From: Octopus vulgaris
Taxonomy: Eukaryota
Reading direction: 5' to 3'
NCBI GenBank assembly: GCA_951406725.2
Contig: OX597814.1
Coordinates: 114,204,001 to 114,268,000, forward strand
Length of the DNA: 64,000 nt
Shown here piece by piece: positions 12,949 through 27,815 of the stretch. The translations under genes and the position numbers were made by a program. Every line of letters begins with the position of its first letter. The first letter of the stretch is position 1. The notes under the pieces are model-generated. The model did no database searches, was not told the origin of the DNA, and was given only the letters and a program-made list of their open reading frames with translations.

Positions 12949-14778
12949 ATTCATAATATTGTGTACCAATCAATTTAAAACCATTACATACGCGTTTTTA
13001 TTGCTTCTTTATCCTATTAATACTCTCATGATCCTTGTTCAGCCAAAATATATTTCTTCTTCTCTCCCTCCTCAAGTGACTCATCATTCTACTACAACTC
13101 ATCCTGTCGCCATTCTCGTCTTCTCTAGTAAGAGTTTTTGCCCTTAATTTCAGGGGTTTCTTTCTACAAAGATATACTTTCTTTCATCTTTCCCTTGTTT
13201 CAGCCATTAGACTGCAGCCAATGCTGGAGCACCACTTTCAAGAGTTTAATTAAACAAATTGGTCCTTCTACTTAAACAAAAATCTGGTATTTATTCTGTT
13301 GTTTTCTTTTTCTAGACTGCTAAGTTATGGGGGACATCACCAAACTAACATTGGTTGTGAAGCATTGGTGGGGAGAGAAAACACAAGCACACACATACAT
13401 ATATACATGTTGGGTTTCCACACAGTTTCCTTCTATGAAATTCACTATGGCCTGGGGACATAGTGGAAGAATTGTCCAAGGTCCTTCACTGAGGGGCTGA
13501 GCCCCAAAACCACACAGTTGCAAGATAGGCTTCTGAACCCATACAACTATGCCAATGCCTTATGGAACTTTCCCCATTCTTCTTTCCCTGATAGATAAAA
13601 TATTAATTATTTTCAATATTGTATTGATAATTTCATGGTATCTTAGAGCAGTTTTTTTCTTTATCTTCTTTAGTTACCACCATCAAACTCAGCAGATGTT
13701 AGAGGCCTGTTTCATTGCTTTATTGGAAGGGACTTCCAATCATAAAAAAAGGGTTAGTTACATCAAAACACATTCTGAGCTGCCACCGTATTTAAGATCA
13801 GGAATTAAAATTAGTCCGACATCTAATTGCTTTTTATTTCCTTGCTATGCGTCAAAATTCAAATTTTAATTGATTAAAATTATAAAAGTTGTCATCCCTT
13901 TGCTTTGATCAGATTTAATTAACATTCATAATGATGACTGAGCCAAAGCATCCTTCTCAATGCAGAGGTAGTTTTAATTAATTAATGTTCTTTTTCATCA
14001 CTATATCATACAAGTACTCAGCATTTGTGTTACATGCAGATGGCATCCCCAGGTAATTTCCCATAGCAAAGCAAACTACATCAGTAATTAGCATTTAATG
14101 GCTATCAACAGGCTCCATGGGTGGATCAGGATTCAGAAAGACATACGGATGAGAAAATAACTGACCAAGTAATTAATGTGCCAAAAACTGAATTTGCAAA
14201 AATTAGCATGCTTTAACCAGCTAGCATTCAAAGCAGCCAAATCTGACCCAAACATTCTGTTTTATATTCAAACTGGTCATATCTGGCCTCTCGTACCTAT
14301 CCTATAATGTCATTGTAAAAATATACAATCACATCACTTGACACAAGATCACCTCCTCCAATGCCCACACCCCTCTCAAAGATTCCTTGTCTTGCAAATA
14401 CTTGGTGACCCTACTAGTACTGGCACCACTTAAAAAGTACCTTGTCCATACTGTAAAGTGGGTGGCATTTGGAAGGGCATCCAGCTGTAAAAGCCATGCC
14501 AAAACTGACCTCACCTGAACAGGTACCACGTAATAAGCACTCTGTCCACTCTGTGGAGTGGATGGTGTTATGAAGGGCATCCAGCTGTAAAAGCCATGCC
14601 AAAACAGATACAGAAGTATGGTGCAGGCTCCTACCTGGCCAGCTCCTGTCAAACCATCCCACCCATGCCAGCATGGAAAGAGGATATTAAATGATGATGA
14701 TGATAATGACATCAGTGAAATCTCAAAGCTACAAGATAATACGGTATTAATCCAAAATATTGTGAATAAATACGCATT

Positions 14779-15000
14779 TTCAGTTCTATATTTAAGAGAT
14801 GAGGAATTATGTACATTATTTACATTTGACAGATATTTGTCCTCATCTTGTTTGTTGTTAACACAACGTTTCGGCTGATATACCCTCCAGCCTTCTTCAG
14901 GTGTCTGATGAAGGCTGTAGGGTGTGTCAGCCGAAATGTTGTGTTAACAATAAACAAGTTGAGGACAAATATCCATCAAATGTAAATAATGTAAATAAAG
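14779..15000. mobile_element. Penelope-like terminal repeat pair in head-to-head palindrome, each arm with a minimal hammerhead motif
   Basis: Arms ~14807-14900 and 14905-14998 are reverse complements; flanked by taaata(c/t)gcatt duplication. Confidence 0.75.
14860..14905 (-). ncRNA. Minimal type I hammerhead ribozyme motif
   Basis: GACAC-CUGAAGA-A-GGCUG(GAGGGUAUAU)CAGCC-GAAA-C-GUU-GUGUU: core CUGANGA and GAAA intact, stems I and II pair, stem III reduced to the palindrome AACGUU as in Penelope minimal hammerheads. Confidence 0.72.
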
Positions 15001-15859
15001 TAAATATGCATTACATTTAACAAAGTGATCTGAAAGCTAAACTTTGAAACTCAGTACAATTTTGGAAACCAAATTTAACTTTTTTGCTACTAAATTTGAC
15101 TCTTTTGTCACCAAAAATTCTGTTGAAATGCACTGTCTTTATTTCATTTAATTTTGAAAAAGAATTTGGTGAAATGAGTGACGTGATTAAGGCAGGGTTT
15201 AGAACAAATTGGAGTAAAGTTTTAATTTAAATCAATTTATAACAGGAACTTTATATCATGCAACTAATACAGCCAACAAGAGTGCCAGGTATAAAATTTT
15301 GATAAATGTGTTTGACCAATGCCAGTGCCACCTGACTGGCATGTAAAAAGCACCATTCGAGTGTGACAGGTGTCAATTCTACCTGACTGGCACATAAAAA
15401 GCACCATTTGAGTGTGGTCGATGCCAGTGCCGCCTGACTGGCACCCGAGCCGGTGGCACGTAAAATATATCATTCAAGCATGGTTGATGCCAGGCCCGCC
15501 TGACTGGCTCCTGTGCCGATGGCATGTAAAAAGCACCCACTACACTCTCACAGTGGTTGGCATTAGGAAGGGCATCCAGCTGTAGAAACCTTGCCAAATC
15601 AGATTGGAATCTAGTCCAGCCTCCTGGCTTGCCAGTCCTTGATCAAACCATCCAACCCATGCCAGCATAGAAAACGGACACTAAACGATGATGATGATGA
15701 GGTGTGACTGTGTGGTAAGAAGTTTGCTTCCCAGCTACATGGTTTTGGGTTCTGTCCCTCTGCATGCTACCTTGAACACATGTCTTCTACGATAGTCTCA
15801 GGATAACCAAAGCCTTGTGAGTGGATCTGGTGGATAGAAACTGTAAAAAGCCTGCCGTG

Positions 15860-15902
<43 letters not shown>

Positions 15903-16125
15903 TGTCTTTACTCTCTTTTACTTGTTTTAGTCATTTGACTGCAGCCATGCTGGAGTACCACCTTTGGTTGAGCAAATTGACCCCAGGACTTATTCTTTGT
16001 AAGCCTAGTACTTATTCTATCGGTCACTTTTGCCAAACTGCTAAGTTACGGGGACATAAACACACCACATCAGTTGTCAAGCGATGTTGGAGGGACAAAC
16101 ACAGATACACAAACCTATACACACA

Positions 16126-16162
<37 letters not shown>

Positions 16163-16328
16163 CATATAGTGCAGGCTTCTTTCAGTTTCTATCTACCAAA
16201 TCCACTCACAAGGCTTTGATTGGCCCGAGGCTATAGCAGAAGACACTTGCTTAAGGTGCCACGTAGTGGGAATGAACCATGTGGTTGGTAAGCAAGCTAC
16301 TTACCACACAGCCACTCCTGCATGTATG

Positions 16329-16372
<44 letters not shown>

Positions 16373-18247
16373 TGTAAGTACATGTGTCCTTGTGTCAGTG
16401 CTTGTCCCTCCACCTCTCCTTGATGACCAGTGTTAGTGTGTTTGCGTCCCTAAAACTTAGTGGTTTGGCAAAAAGAGACTGATAGAATAAATACATCATT
16501 ATCATCGATTAACGTCTGCCTTCCATGCTGGCATGGGTGGGATGGTTTGACAAGAGCTGGCCAGGCAGAAGCCTGCACCAGACTTCTCTAACTGTTTTGG
16601 CAGGATTTTAACAGCTGGATGCCCTTCCTAACACCAACCACCCAGCAGAGTGGACTTAGTGCCTTTTACATGGCACAAGCACAGGTGAGGTCAGTTTTGG
16701 TAAGGTTTTTACAGCTGGATACCCTTCCAAATGCCACCCATTTTACAGTGTGGACTGGGTGGTACCTGCGCTGACAGGATTACCAAGTACTTGCAAGACA
16801 AAGTAAAAGAAAAAAAATAAGCTCTGCGGTTGATTTGTTTGACTAAAATTCTTCATGTTAGTGCCCTAGCATGGCCACAGTCTAATGACTGAAACAAGTA
16901 AAAGACACATACATGGTGATAATAAAATAATAAATAAATGCACCCTTTTAAAGCCTAGCCAACCTCATGGGCCCGGTTTCCTGGTTTCTATGGTGTATGT
17001 GTTCCCCAGCTGGACGGGACACCAGTCCATCGCAGCGTTACTCATTTTTGCCAACTGAGTGAACTGGAGCAATGTGAAATGAAGTGTTTTGCTCAAGAAC
17101 ACAACGCGTCGTCCATTCCAGGAATTGAAACCACAATCTTACGATCATGGTGCTGACACCCTAACCACTAAGCTACGTGCCTCCACACATGGTGATAATG
17201 GTATGTGTATATCAACATAGTGTACCGTCAGCTCAGTACAGATGTATGAAGGCAACACAAGCCACAGGACGAACCAAAGTCAAAGAAAAATCAATTTATT
17301 CAACACTGTGACTTTAACAAGTCTTAATTGTAAGCTGATGGTTTTAAAATGAGAAGCAAACCACAAGAAATGATGTGTGAGCTTCAACAATATTAAAATC
17401 TGAGCAATTAATTTTTGACAGTCAAGAGGTTCTTGGTATTTATTAATTTGCAGTTTTCAGGCATCGGATAAATATGGCCTCCTTAACATATAAGCCACAC
17501 ATTTTATAATAGATTTGCTCTTCTTGCTGTTTACTTCTCGTTCTTGTTTCAGATTTTTCAGTCCATGATTACGTTACTCATGAAGTGAAAATATTGAATA
17601 AATATATTTGTCTCCAGCTTTTCATGCTCAAGTGGTTTTTATCACTTTCCTATTTCTATCTTCTGTATATCAACAATGTGGCAATAATAAAAGTCAACAC
17701 ACATGTATACGAGTGACAATATATATTCTTATATATGCATTTATGTGTGTGTGTGTGTGTGTGTGGATATTATATATATATATATCATCATCGTTTAACG
17801 TCCGTTTTCATTGCTAGCACGGGTTGGATAGTTCGACCGTGGTCTGGGAAGCCAGGGGGCTGCACCAGGCTTCAGTCTGATCTGGCAGTGTTTCTACAGC
17901 TGGACGCCCTTCCTAATGCCAACCACCCTGAGAGTGTAATGGGTGCTTTTTACATGCCACTGGTACAGGTGCCAGGGGAGGCTGGCACTGGCCACAATCG
18001 GTTGGTGCTTTTTACATACCACCGGCACAGAAGCCAGTCAAGGTGGCACTGGCATCGGTCATGTTTGGATGGTGTTTTTTACGTGCCACCAGCACGGATA
18101 TCAAAACTACAATTTCCATTTGATTTTCATTTTGACGTTGATGTACTTGACTCAATAGGTCTCCTCAAGCACAGTAGTTTGCCCTACGATCCAAGGTAAG
18201 CACAGCCAGGCCGTCCTGCAATCCAAGGTACTTTGGATGCTCTGGAG

Positions 18248-18305
<58 letters not shown>

Positions 18306-20109
18306 TTTTGTTTCAGTCATTGGACTGCAGCCATACTGGGGCACCATATTGAAAAACATTGTATTAGGTTCCTTTGCTGAAACACTCAGTTATAGGGATG
18401 TAGACAAACCAACAACTGTGAGTTAGAAACACAAACTCACAAATGTTTATAACAGACTTCTTTTACTTTCTGTCTACCATATCCCCTTACAAGGTTTTGT
18501 TTGGTCTGAAGCTATATTAGAAGACACTTGCCCAAGGTGCCATGTTATAGGACTGAACCCTGAACCATGTGGTTGGGGGACCAAGCTTCTTACGCACAGC
18601 CACACCTGTTCCCCTATCTTGGTAACATTAAAACTCTAGGGATGTTTGTGTGTAACTGAAATATCACAGAAATAGTATATTTTATCTTTTTTTCACATAC
18701 TTATTTTCATACTTACCTTTGGCAGTGCAGTACAAATTTTTGTGAGATTTGGACCTCTATTTAAACAATTAAACAATTTTTGTTATTTCTTGATGAAAAA
18801 GTACATGGCTTTCATGATTTTAACAAACACAAACACATACTGGATACACACACATATAATGAATGTCATGGCATGTCAATCAACAAAAACACACATCCGC
18901 TATATGTGACATACACACACACATAGTCTTCGCTTTTCACCCTTTCTCTTCGCCCCATCATACTTTTCACCCTTTCTCATCACTCCACCTAGACTCTTCA
19001 CACCCTCTTTCTTCTATTCTTCTTCAGTTATGATAACCACTTTAGGGCCTGAGTCATGCAAGCTGCAGAGTGGCCTCACAAGTGCCAGTGCCAAGAAAAA
19101 GATCCAGGAAGAGCAACCAGCCATAGAAAGCATGCCAAAGCAGACATTGGAGCGCAGCGTGGTCCTTAGCATGGCTTACACTGTTGAAATTTCTAATCCA
19201 TGCCAGTATGGAAAATGGACATTAAATGATGATGAAGAGGAGGAGGAAGGGAGAATTGTGTGTGTCTGTGCCCTTGAGAGTGTCTGTGTGTTTACCACTT
19301 GTCTTGATGTTTGCATTCAGCTCACTGTTTATACAAAGGTGTCATTGTTTATGATCTGTCACAAAAACACGTCTAGCATTGAGCTGTTCATTGTTCGAAA
19401 GACCACCAGGAAAAATCCCTCACTTGGAAATGGGTGAAGGTCAGTGACAAGCAGAGCATCAAGCCATAGAGAAGTACTGCTTCGATAGGTTTTCTTTTGA
19501 CCAATGCCAGCACGGAGAAGTGGACATTAAAACGATGATGAATGAAAATACAAGTTATGCTTCAGCTTTTTATAGGATGCAATTCAACAAAGGCGTCTTC
19601 CAGTGAAACTCACACAGAAGTAAATATATTGACTCATATGTTGCATATCTGAAGCATATATTTCTCCAAATATCTTATAACAAAACAGTAAAATTTTTCG
19701 TTGTCCTCCTTCCTTCTTCATCTAATAGCAACATCTCTTCTTTAACAAAGGTATAAATATTAAATTATTTAAGTTTGTGCACCAATGACTAAAAACAAAT
19801 TTGAAGGCTGGCTTTTTTTTCTCCTTCTTATTTCCAATATTTATCTACATCAGCAGAAATGATAGATTCAATGAGAACAGTTTTATTTACCGTATCGATA
19901 TTTGAAATATTTTCACCAGAAGGTGGATAATATTCTGGTTTTCTTTATCAATAATATTCTCACTGTGTTTACGTCAGTGAGATAATGTGTGTATGCTCGG
20001 GGCGGAATCTATGAGAGTGTTTGTAGGTTTGAGTCAGCGTGTGTCCAGGTGAGTGAGTAAATGTGAATGAGTGTGCACGAGTGAAGGTCTATGTATGTGT
20101 GGGGGGGTG

Positions 20110-20110
20110 T

Positions 20111-20155
<45 letters not shown>

Positions 20156-20877
20156 TATATACACACATACATACATATCCATATATACATACATATATAT
20201 ACACACACACACATATATACATACATATATTTACACACACACACATATATAAATATACATACATATATACACACACATATATATATATACATACATATAT
20301 TTACACACACACATATATATATATACATACATATACACACACACATATATATATATATACATACATATACACACACACATATATATATATATACATACAT
20401 ATATATACATATATACATACATATATACATACATATATATATATATACACATACATATAAACATACATATGCATATCTATATACATATAAACATACATAT
20501 ACATACATATATATACACACACATATATACACACACATATATAAATATATATATATATACATGCATATATATATATATATATATATACATGCATATATAT
20601 ACATACCTATATATACACATATATACATACATACATATATACATACATACATATATACATACATACATATATACATACATACATACATATACATACATAC
20701 ATATACATACATACATACATATACACACATATATACATACATATATATACACACATATATACATACACACATATATACATATACACACATATATACATAT
20801 ATACACATATATACATATACACACATATATACATATACACACATATATACATACATATATATACACACATATATATG

Positions 20878-20913
<36 letters not shown>

Positions 20914-21053
20914 CACACATATATATATAAATATATACATACACATATACATACACACACACACATATATACATACACATATATATACATATATATATAT
21001 ATACACATGTATACATACATATACACACACACATAGAGAGAGAGAGAGAGAGA
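20110..21053. repeat. ~940-bp compound (TA)/(CA)/(TACA) microsatellite ending in (GA)n
   Basis: Directly visible; source of many spurious Y/I/H/T and C/V/Y/M ORFs. Confidence 0.98.
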
Positions 21054-23516
21054 TTAACATGTATCTACTTCTGTCTGTTCAACGTTCTCTTTTATCAAAT
21101 TTTTGCAACCTAGACACTTTGCAGTAAACTCGAACTGCTTCAATGAATAAACCTTGGATATATTTCCAATCAAGACAGGACAACTATTCTTCTTTAATAA
21201 CACCAAAACACATTCATTGTACACATCAAGGAAACAATATTTGGCTACTATCCTCCATTCAGATGGACAATAACCAGCTAAATTGATGAAAATTACTGCA
21301 AAATCTATGACCACATGCATAAAACATTGTTTAATGCTGCAACTAATCCTAGTGCCCACAATCTCTAATGAGGACCTCACATATAAAGCATTCTGGACTA
21401 TGTCCATATAAAGGCCAGTGAACTGATTGGCCTTGAATCACTCATAAACATACTCCAGCATTTGGCTCACAAGCATGCTGTCTCCTCTCTCTCTCTCTGT
21501 CTTTCCTATTATTACAGTAAAGGCATCTGCTACTCAGAACTGATTGGTCTTGCACCTCTTCCACTCAGGCATACCTAACCCCTTCCTATCTTCATTTCTT
21601 ATCCCCTTTGTTGTGTCCACTTGACACAACACTAAGCCTCATTTATACCCAGTCTTTCCTCCCCACAACAACGTTCCCCTGGAAACACCTTCCTGCTCAT
21701 GTTTTTCCTGCAGGTGGTGACTTTCAACAGTTTAAACATAAGATTAAAGGCATCACCCTTAACCTATCTCAGAGCAGCTGAAAAGGTCATGGGCATTGTC
21801 CCTTACTCAAGACTCATTAAATAAAAATAAATAAATAAATAAAGCGGTAGGGGACAACGGAAGTGTGTGAGGTAGTGAATGTGAATTCTAGGGTATGAAT
21901 TAAATTTTTGATGAATGAGATTATGCAGGTGAGTTGAGAAGCAGTACCTGATGTAGACATTGATGTAGTGGTTAGAGGGCTTTGTGCATAACTCAGTAAA
22001 TTTTGGGATGGCTCAAAACCTTGAGCCAGTGTGACCTACAACGGGGTTACCATAATTGTAGAACACCTTAGTACTTGTAGTTATGATATTAATTTGTTGG
22101 TAAAATTCAAAATAGAATAAGAAACAGTTAAGAGTGAGGACAGATTCAGCAAGATGAAGAGGTTGAATATAAGATAACATTGAAAGAATTATTCTAAGTG
22201 GATCCAATGGTATTATAAAAGATTACATCATCATCATTATCATCGTTTAGCATCTGTGTTCTACACTTAATGGGTTGGATGGCTTCACAGGATCTGATGG
22301 GTCAAAGTGCTGCATCACACAACAGAGTCTGCTTTAGCATGGGTTCTATGGCTAGATAATCATCATCATCATCATCGTCTAAGGTTTACTTTCCATGCTG
22401 GCATGGGTTGGACGGTTTGACTGAGGACTGGCAAGCTAGGAGGCTATACCAAGCTCCAATCTGACCTGGCAGAAGTTTCTACAGCTGGATGCCCTTCATA
22501 ATGCCAACCACTCAGAGTGTAGTGGGTGCTTTTATGTGCCACCGGCATGAGGGCCAGTCAGCTGGCACTGGCAACAACTTCATTCAAATGGTGCTTTTTA
22601 CATGCTACTGGCATGGGACCAGTCAGGTGGCACTGGCATCAACCATGCTCATATGGTGCTATTTATGTGCCACCAGGATAGGAGCCAGTCCGATGGGACT
22701 GGCATCGACTACACTCGAATGGTGCTATTTACGTGCCATACAGGATCCTTTCTTTGAGCCACCAATACTATTGAATTTGCCATGCAGCTTGCAAGACTAT
22801 GCACTCCAAGGGAGTGGGGTCAGATTTATGCTAGGGAATGAGGGGTTAAAGTATGAGAGAGTACAGAGTAGGTTCTTGTAGAAGAGCTGCATGGCCTCTC
22901 ACATTTAGAGGAGAGAATGATCAGTAGGTGATTTGAAGAGGTGGATAATCAAGATGAGGTGTTCAAGACAAACTGTAAGAAGTCTTGAGTGTCAAGAGGA
23001 AGGAAAACAAGGAATGTTTAAAACAATAAAGCTGTGATTAGCATCCAAGATGTGGGAGGAAAGAGTGGCACCAATAAAGAACACAAGCCTGCCAAAGTAG
23101 CTAGACAACAACTAAGAGGGACAATTAGCATATTCTCTGACATACATGTAGCATTTTCCTGACCAAAATTTACAACCAAAAAAAGTAGGTTGACTTATAC
23201 ACCAAGACAACTTTGGGGAACAAAAATTCCATGTGAAATGCCACAGGATTTGGAAAGGAAACAATGAGGTTTGAATGTTTACACTACATCGTTACACTAT
23301 ACCTACTTGTACTTGTGGTGGCATTCCCCCCTGTGTGGTTTGAGCTGGTTCTGATCAATCATTTCACCAGGTCCCTCATGAATGCCAATCACGTCTGATG
23401 ATACAGCCCTAACATTCCTATAGGCCAGAAAATGATTCTGCCTGTGACCTAAAAATCTAGCTTGCAGATTTGACAAATGCCCCACTGAGAAAGCAAGTGC
23501 ATCAGATATATATTAA

Positions 23517-23737
23517 CCATTTCATTACTGTATTTATTTTGTGTTGCTCTATTTTTCTCTCAATTATTTTAAATATAACAAAGAATTTAGTAAAATTGCT
23601 TAGTTGCCATTAACCTAGGGTTAGGAACATAAATTGTGACTAAGGTTTGGTGGAAGATTTTAATTCAAAACTTATGAAAATGAGACATTTGTACAACAGA
23701 GCCAGAGCTGGCTTCAGCCAGGTTGGTAATGAAAGGG
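23517..23737. mobile_element. TTAA-flanked piggyBac-like MITE; second copy in opposite orientation at 47914-48135
   Basis: TTAA on both sides, TIR CC(C/A)TTTCATTAC / GTAATGAAAGGG, ~221 bp in both copies. Confidence 0.8.
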
Positions 23738-26001
23738 TTAAGTCAACTTGCATGCCAGAAAATATGGTATAAGCAGAGACGATAAAGCAAAAGAGATTGT
23801 TAGATTTGTGAATTTATGGGGTGAAAATGTAGATAGAGAAGGATCAGAGTACTTTTAGGATGACCATTATGACTCTAGGAGGAATTGAACTGAGCAGAAA
23901 AGGAGCTTCCTGGTCACAAGAAGTAAGATTTGCTGGTAAAATTTTTCTGTAAGGGACCAGGTTCTCGAGCTGGGTTTGGCAAATATAAAAACTGAGAACA
24001 AATCGAGATCGAGGAATGCAATATCAAAGAATTATCAACTTCATAGTAATTGGTATTAAAAAAGACTACTGTTCAGATCATCATCATCTGCTGCCACCAT
24101 CATCACTACCATCACCAATATATATATTATTAGTTCTACAGCCACTACCACCACCATCACTACCACAATCACAACAGCAAAACTCTCATGATGATGTAGA
24201 TGATGATGATGATGATTGTGGTCATGGTGATTGCAATCAAATGCTTTCATATCTAATTACTGAATTTCTTTGTGATAAATATCAAATATTTTCCAAGACA
24301 CATCATTTTATATTGAAAATTAAGACATGAATTTACAATTAGTTTATAAAGAAGTTTTTATTCTAAATTTTTTTTTTTTTCCAGATAGAAATTGTATATA
24401 AAAGTTAATAATATTCTGAATTGCTAACAAGTTAGCAAGCTAGCATTTACATATTAGTCAACAATATTGACAAATTTAACAACTTTAATCTTTGAGCAAG
24501 ATCTAAAGAGGTAATAAAGACTATGTATATACCTTTTATCGTTTATTTGTTTCAGTCATTAAACTGTGGCCAAGCTGGGGCACTGACTTGAAGAAGTTTT
24601 AGACAAACAAATCAACCCTGGAACTTATTTTTTTTAAAAGTCCAGTACTTATTCTATCAATCTCTTTTGCTGAATTGCTGAGTTACAGGGATATAAACAA
24701 ACCGACACTGGTTATCAAGTGGTGGTGGGAGACAAACAGACAGACACATAGACACTCACACACAGATATACCTATTTCTTTACTACCCACAAGGGGCTAA
24801 ACATAGAGGGGACAAACAAGGACAGACAAACAGATTAAGTCAATTATATCGACCCCAGTGCGAAACTGGTACTTTATTGACCCCGAAAGGATGAAAGGCA
24901 AAGTCGAACTTGGCGGAATTTGAACACAGAATGTAACGGCAGACGAAATACTGCTAAGCATTTCGCCCGGCGTGCTAACGTTTCTGCCAGCTCGCCGCCT
25001 TATTTCTTCTACTACCCACAAGGGGCTAAACATAGAGGGGACAAACAAGAACAAACAAAGGGATTAAGTCGATTACATCGACCCCAGCACAAAACTGGTA
25101 CTTTATTTATCGACCCCCGGAAGGATGAAAGTCAAAGTCGACCTTGGTGGAATTTGAACTCAGAACGTAATGGCAGACGAAATACCGCTAAGCATTTTGC
25201 CTGGCGCGCTAACATTTCTGATATATAGCCAAGTCACTCCTCTACAACAAGAACGACCTTCTCGCCCTCCCTACTCACTTCTCTCATTGTTTAACCCTCA
25301 CATTTTCTGACATAAAGCTGCCCCACTACCACCACCACCACCACCACCACCTCAGGTTTTGCAATATTGCAGACAGCGTGGTGACCCCAGTAGTAGTGGT
25401 GCCACATAAAATGCAGCCAGCACATGTTGTAAAGTAACTGGTGTTAGGAATGGCATCCAGCCATAGAAATCATGCCAAAGCAGACACTGGTACACGATGC
25501 CATCCTTGGGCCCATCAGATCCTGTCAAACCATCCAATCCAAGACAGCATATTATTTTTACTTGTTTCAGTCATTTGACTGCAGCCATGCTGGAGCACTG
25601 CTTTTAGTTGAACTTATTCTTTGTAAGCCTAGTACTCATTCTATTGGTCTCTTTTGGTGAACTGCTAAGTTACGAGGATGCAAGCACACGAACATCAGCT
25701 GTCAAGCAATGTTGGGATGGGGGGACAAATACACACACAAATAAATATACATATATACGATGGGCTTCTTTCAGTTTCTGTCTACTAAATCCACTCACAA
25801 GGCTTTGTTTGACCTATAGTAGAAGACACTTACCCAAGGTGCCACACAGTGGAACTGAACCTGGAACAATGTGGTTGGGAAGCAAGCTTCTTACCACAAA
25901 GCTGATGATGATGATGATGATGGTGAAATGGAAAAGTATATGTAAAATTACTGATAATAGTAACAACGATGAGCAATTCACTTCTAAAAAATATAACTTA
26001 C

Positions 26002-26096
26002 GTGAGTGGAAGGTCATTCATGTGAATAGCAATTGCACTTAGTATATGGATGGTTGTTTCCATAACAATGTTCATATCAATATCAGGAACATCAGT
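26002..26096 (-). CDS. STK36: STK36/Fused internal exon (95 nt, phase 0->2): TDVPDIDMNIVMETTIHILSAIAIHMNDLPL(T)
   Basis: Acceptor tcattttcag, donor gtaagt; collinear with recalled human [28 protein letters not shown]. Confidence 0.8.
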
Positions 26097-27453
26097 CTGA
26101 AAATGATATATTTAGAAGACATGAACAAAGAGAAAATCATGGAGTTAATTAATTATATAAGAAAAAAATTGAGAAATAGAAAAACAGTTAAGATAAGAGA
26201 GATTTTGTCTTACAAGTGACTTGGTGACCTCACTAGTGTTGGTGCCATGGAAAAAGCACCCCAGTACACAGTGAAGTGATTGGTGTTAGGAAGGGCATTT
26301 CCTGATTTTTTTTGTTAAGCACAAGACCTCTTATAAAGATGAGACAATACAAAGACAGACAAAACAATACAGAGGGGTGCACAAAACATATAACGGATGA
26401 AATTATGAATAAATGATAAATGAGATGAAATGGCTTACCTGCACCCCACGCCACCCAAGCAGGTAGTTCCATTTTACTGTTTATGTATCACACATTTCAT
26501 TATTCATTTTTTTCATCATCATCATCATCATCGTTTAACATCTGTTTTCCATGCTAGCATGGGTTGGATTGTTTGACTGGGGTCTGGGAAACCAGGAGGC
26601 TGTGCCAGCCTGGCAGTGTTTCCACAGCTGGATGCCCTTCCTAATGCCAACCGTTCTGTGAGTGTAGTGGGTGCTTTTTATGTGCCACCGGCACAGGGGC
26701 CAGAGGAGGCTGGCAAATGGCCACGATTGGTTGATGCTTTTTACGTGTCACCGACACGGATGCCAGTGAGGCGGCACTGGCATCAGCCATGTTCAGACGG
26801 TGCTTTTTACATGCCACCAGCACGGGTATCATAACTACAATTTCCATTTGATATTTATTTTGATGCTGATGTTGACGTACTTGACTCAATAGGTCTCCTC
26901 AAGCACGGCGGATCACTCTACAATCCATCATTTAAAAAAAAAAAGTCCTTATTTTATAATTTTAAATATCTCACTTACTTTCCTTTATATTAGATATTCC
27001 ACTATGTCCTCAAACGCCACCACCGGTGGCAACTCATTGAATCGAAACTGTAACGGTGATATCTCTATCAGTTAGGAAGGGCATATCCTACCATAGAATC
27101 TATGCCGTAACAGACATTGGAGCTTAGTGCAGTTCTCTGGCTCAATGGTTTCTGACATATTATCCAACCCATACCAGCATGGAAAGTGGATATTAAAATG
27201 ATAAAAAGAGAACTCCTTTATTGATTTTTTTTTACGATAATGTACTTATTCTAAAACTGATATAAACATGGTGAGGTGAAGTTTCTTAGGTCCTTCTGAT
27301 TCAGGTAATTCTGATTCAGGTCCTTCTGATTCAGGTAATTCCAGATGCCCTGTTGAGGTAGACAGACAAGAGACAGTTAATATAACTATTAATCTGCCAT
27401 TAATAGTTGATCCAGCTTAGTTTAAATATTTCAAAAGTAAAATATATCTAAAA

Positions 27454-27815
27454 TAAGAGCACTCAGTGAGTGCAAACCTCCACCAAGGTAACATCAACAA
27501 CCCCTCAACGATTAGCTGGAGATGATTTTTAAGATGAGAATATCTGAAATAAACTCGAATGCTCTCACAAACGAGAATACTAAAAATGAACCCGATCACT
27601 ATCAAAAATTAATTAAAAAAACAGTAAAAAATACTCCAGAATCCTTGTCCAGTACTGGATTGATCCTAAAATCTAATCAGTTTGTGCCAGTCATGAGGTC
27701 AAACATCCTTAAAAGTTTCATCCGAATCCATCCAGCGGGTCTTGATTTATTTTGTCCACAGACAAACAAACACAACTGGAGACAACACCCTTGCCTTTAC
27801 TAAGGTGGAAGTAAT
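27454..27815 (-). mobile_element. Helentron-associated (HINE/DINE-1-like) non-autonomous element
   Basis: Subterminal inverted motif acctccacc / ggtggaagt, terminal palindrome gcactca-g-tgagtgc, (caaa/caga)n near the other end. Confidence 0.55.

Noticed and set aside
18717-18756. Possible 40-nt alternative exon with gtaagt donor and phase 2->0
   Set aside because: Weak pyrimidine tract and no homology; 6492-6555 fills the gap better.
20009-21127. Long ORFs up to 354 aa (similar ones at 29425-29948 and 55492-56037)
   Set aside because: Translations of dinucleotide microsatellites that lack stop codons.
21054-21407. 117-aa minus-strand ORF
   Set aside because: No motif or splice support; probably decayed repeat sequence.
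26440-26476. Possible mini-exon KWNYLLGWRGVQ with gtaagc donor
   Set aside because: No pyrimidine tract, an in-frame stop just upstream, and no gap in the exon chain.
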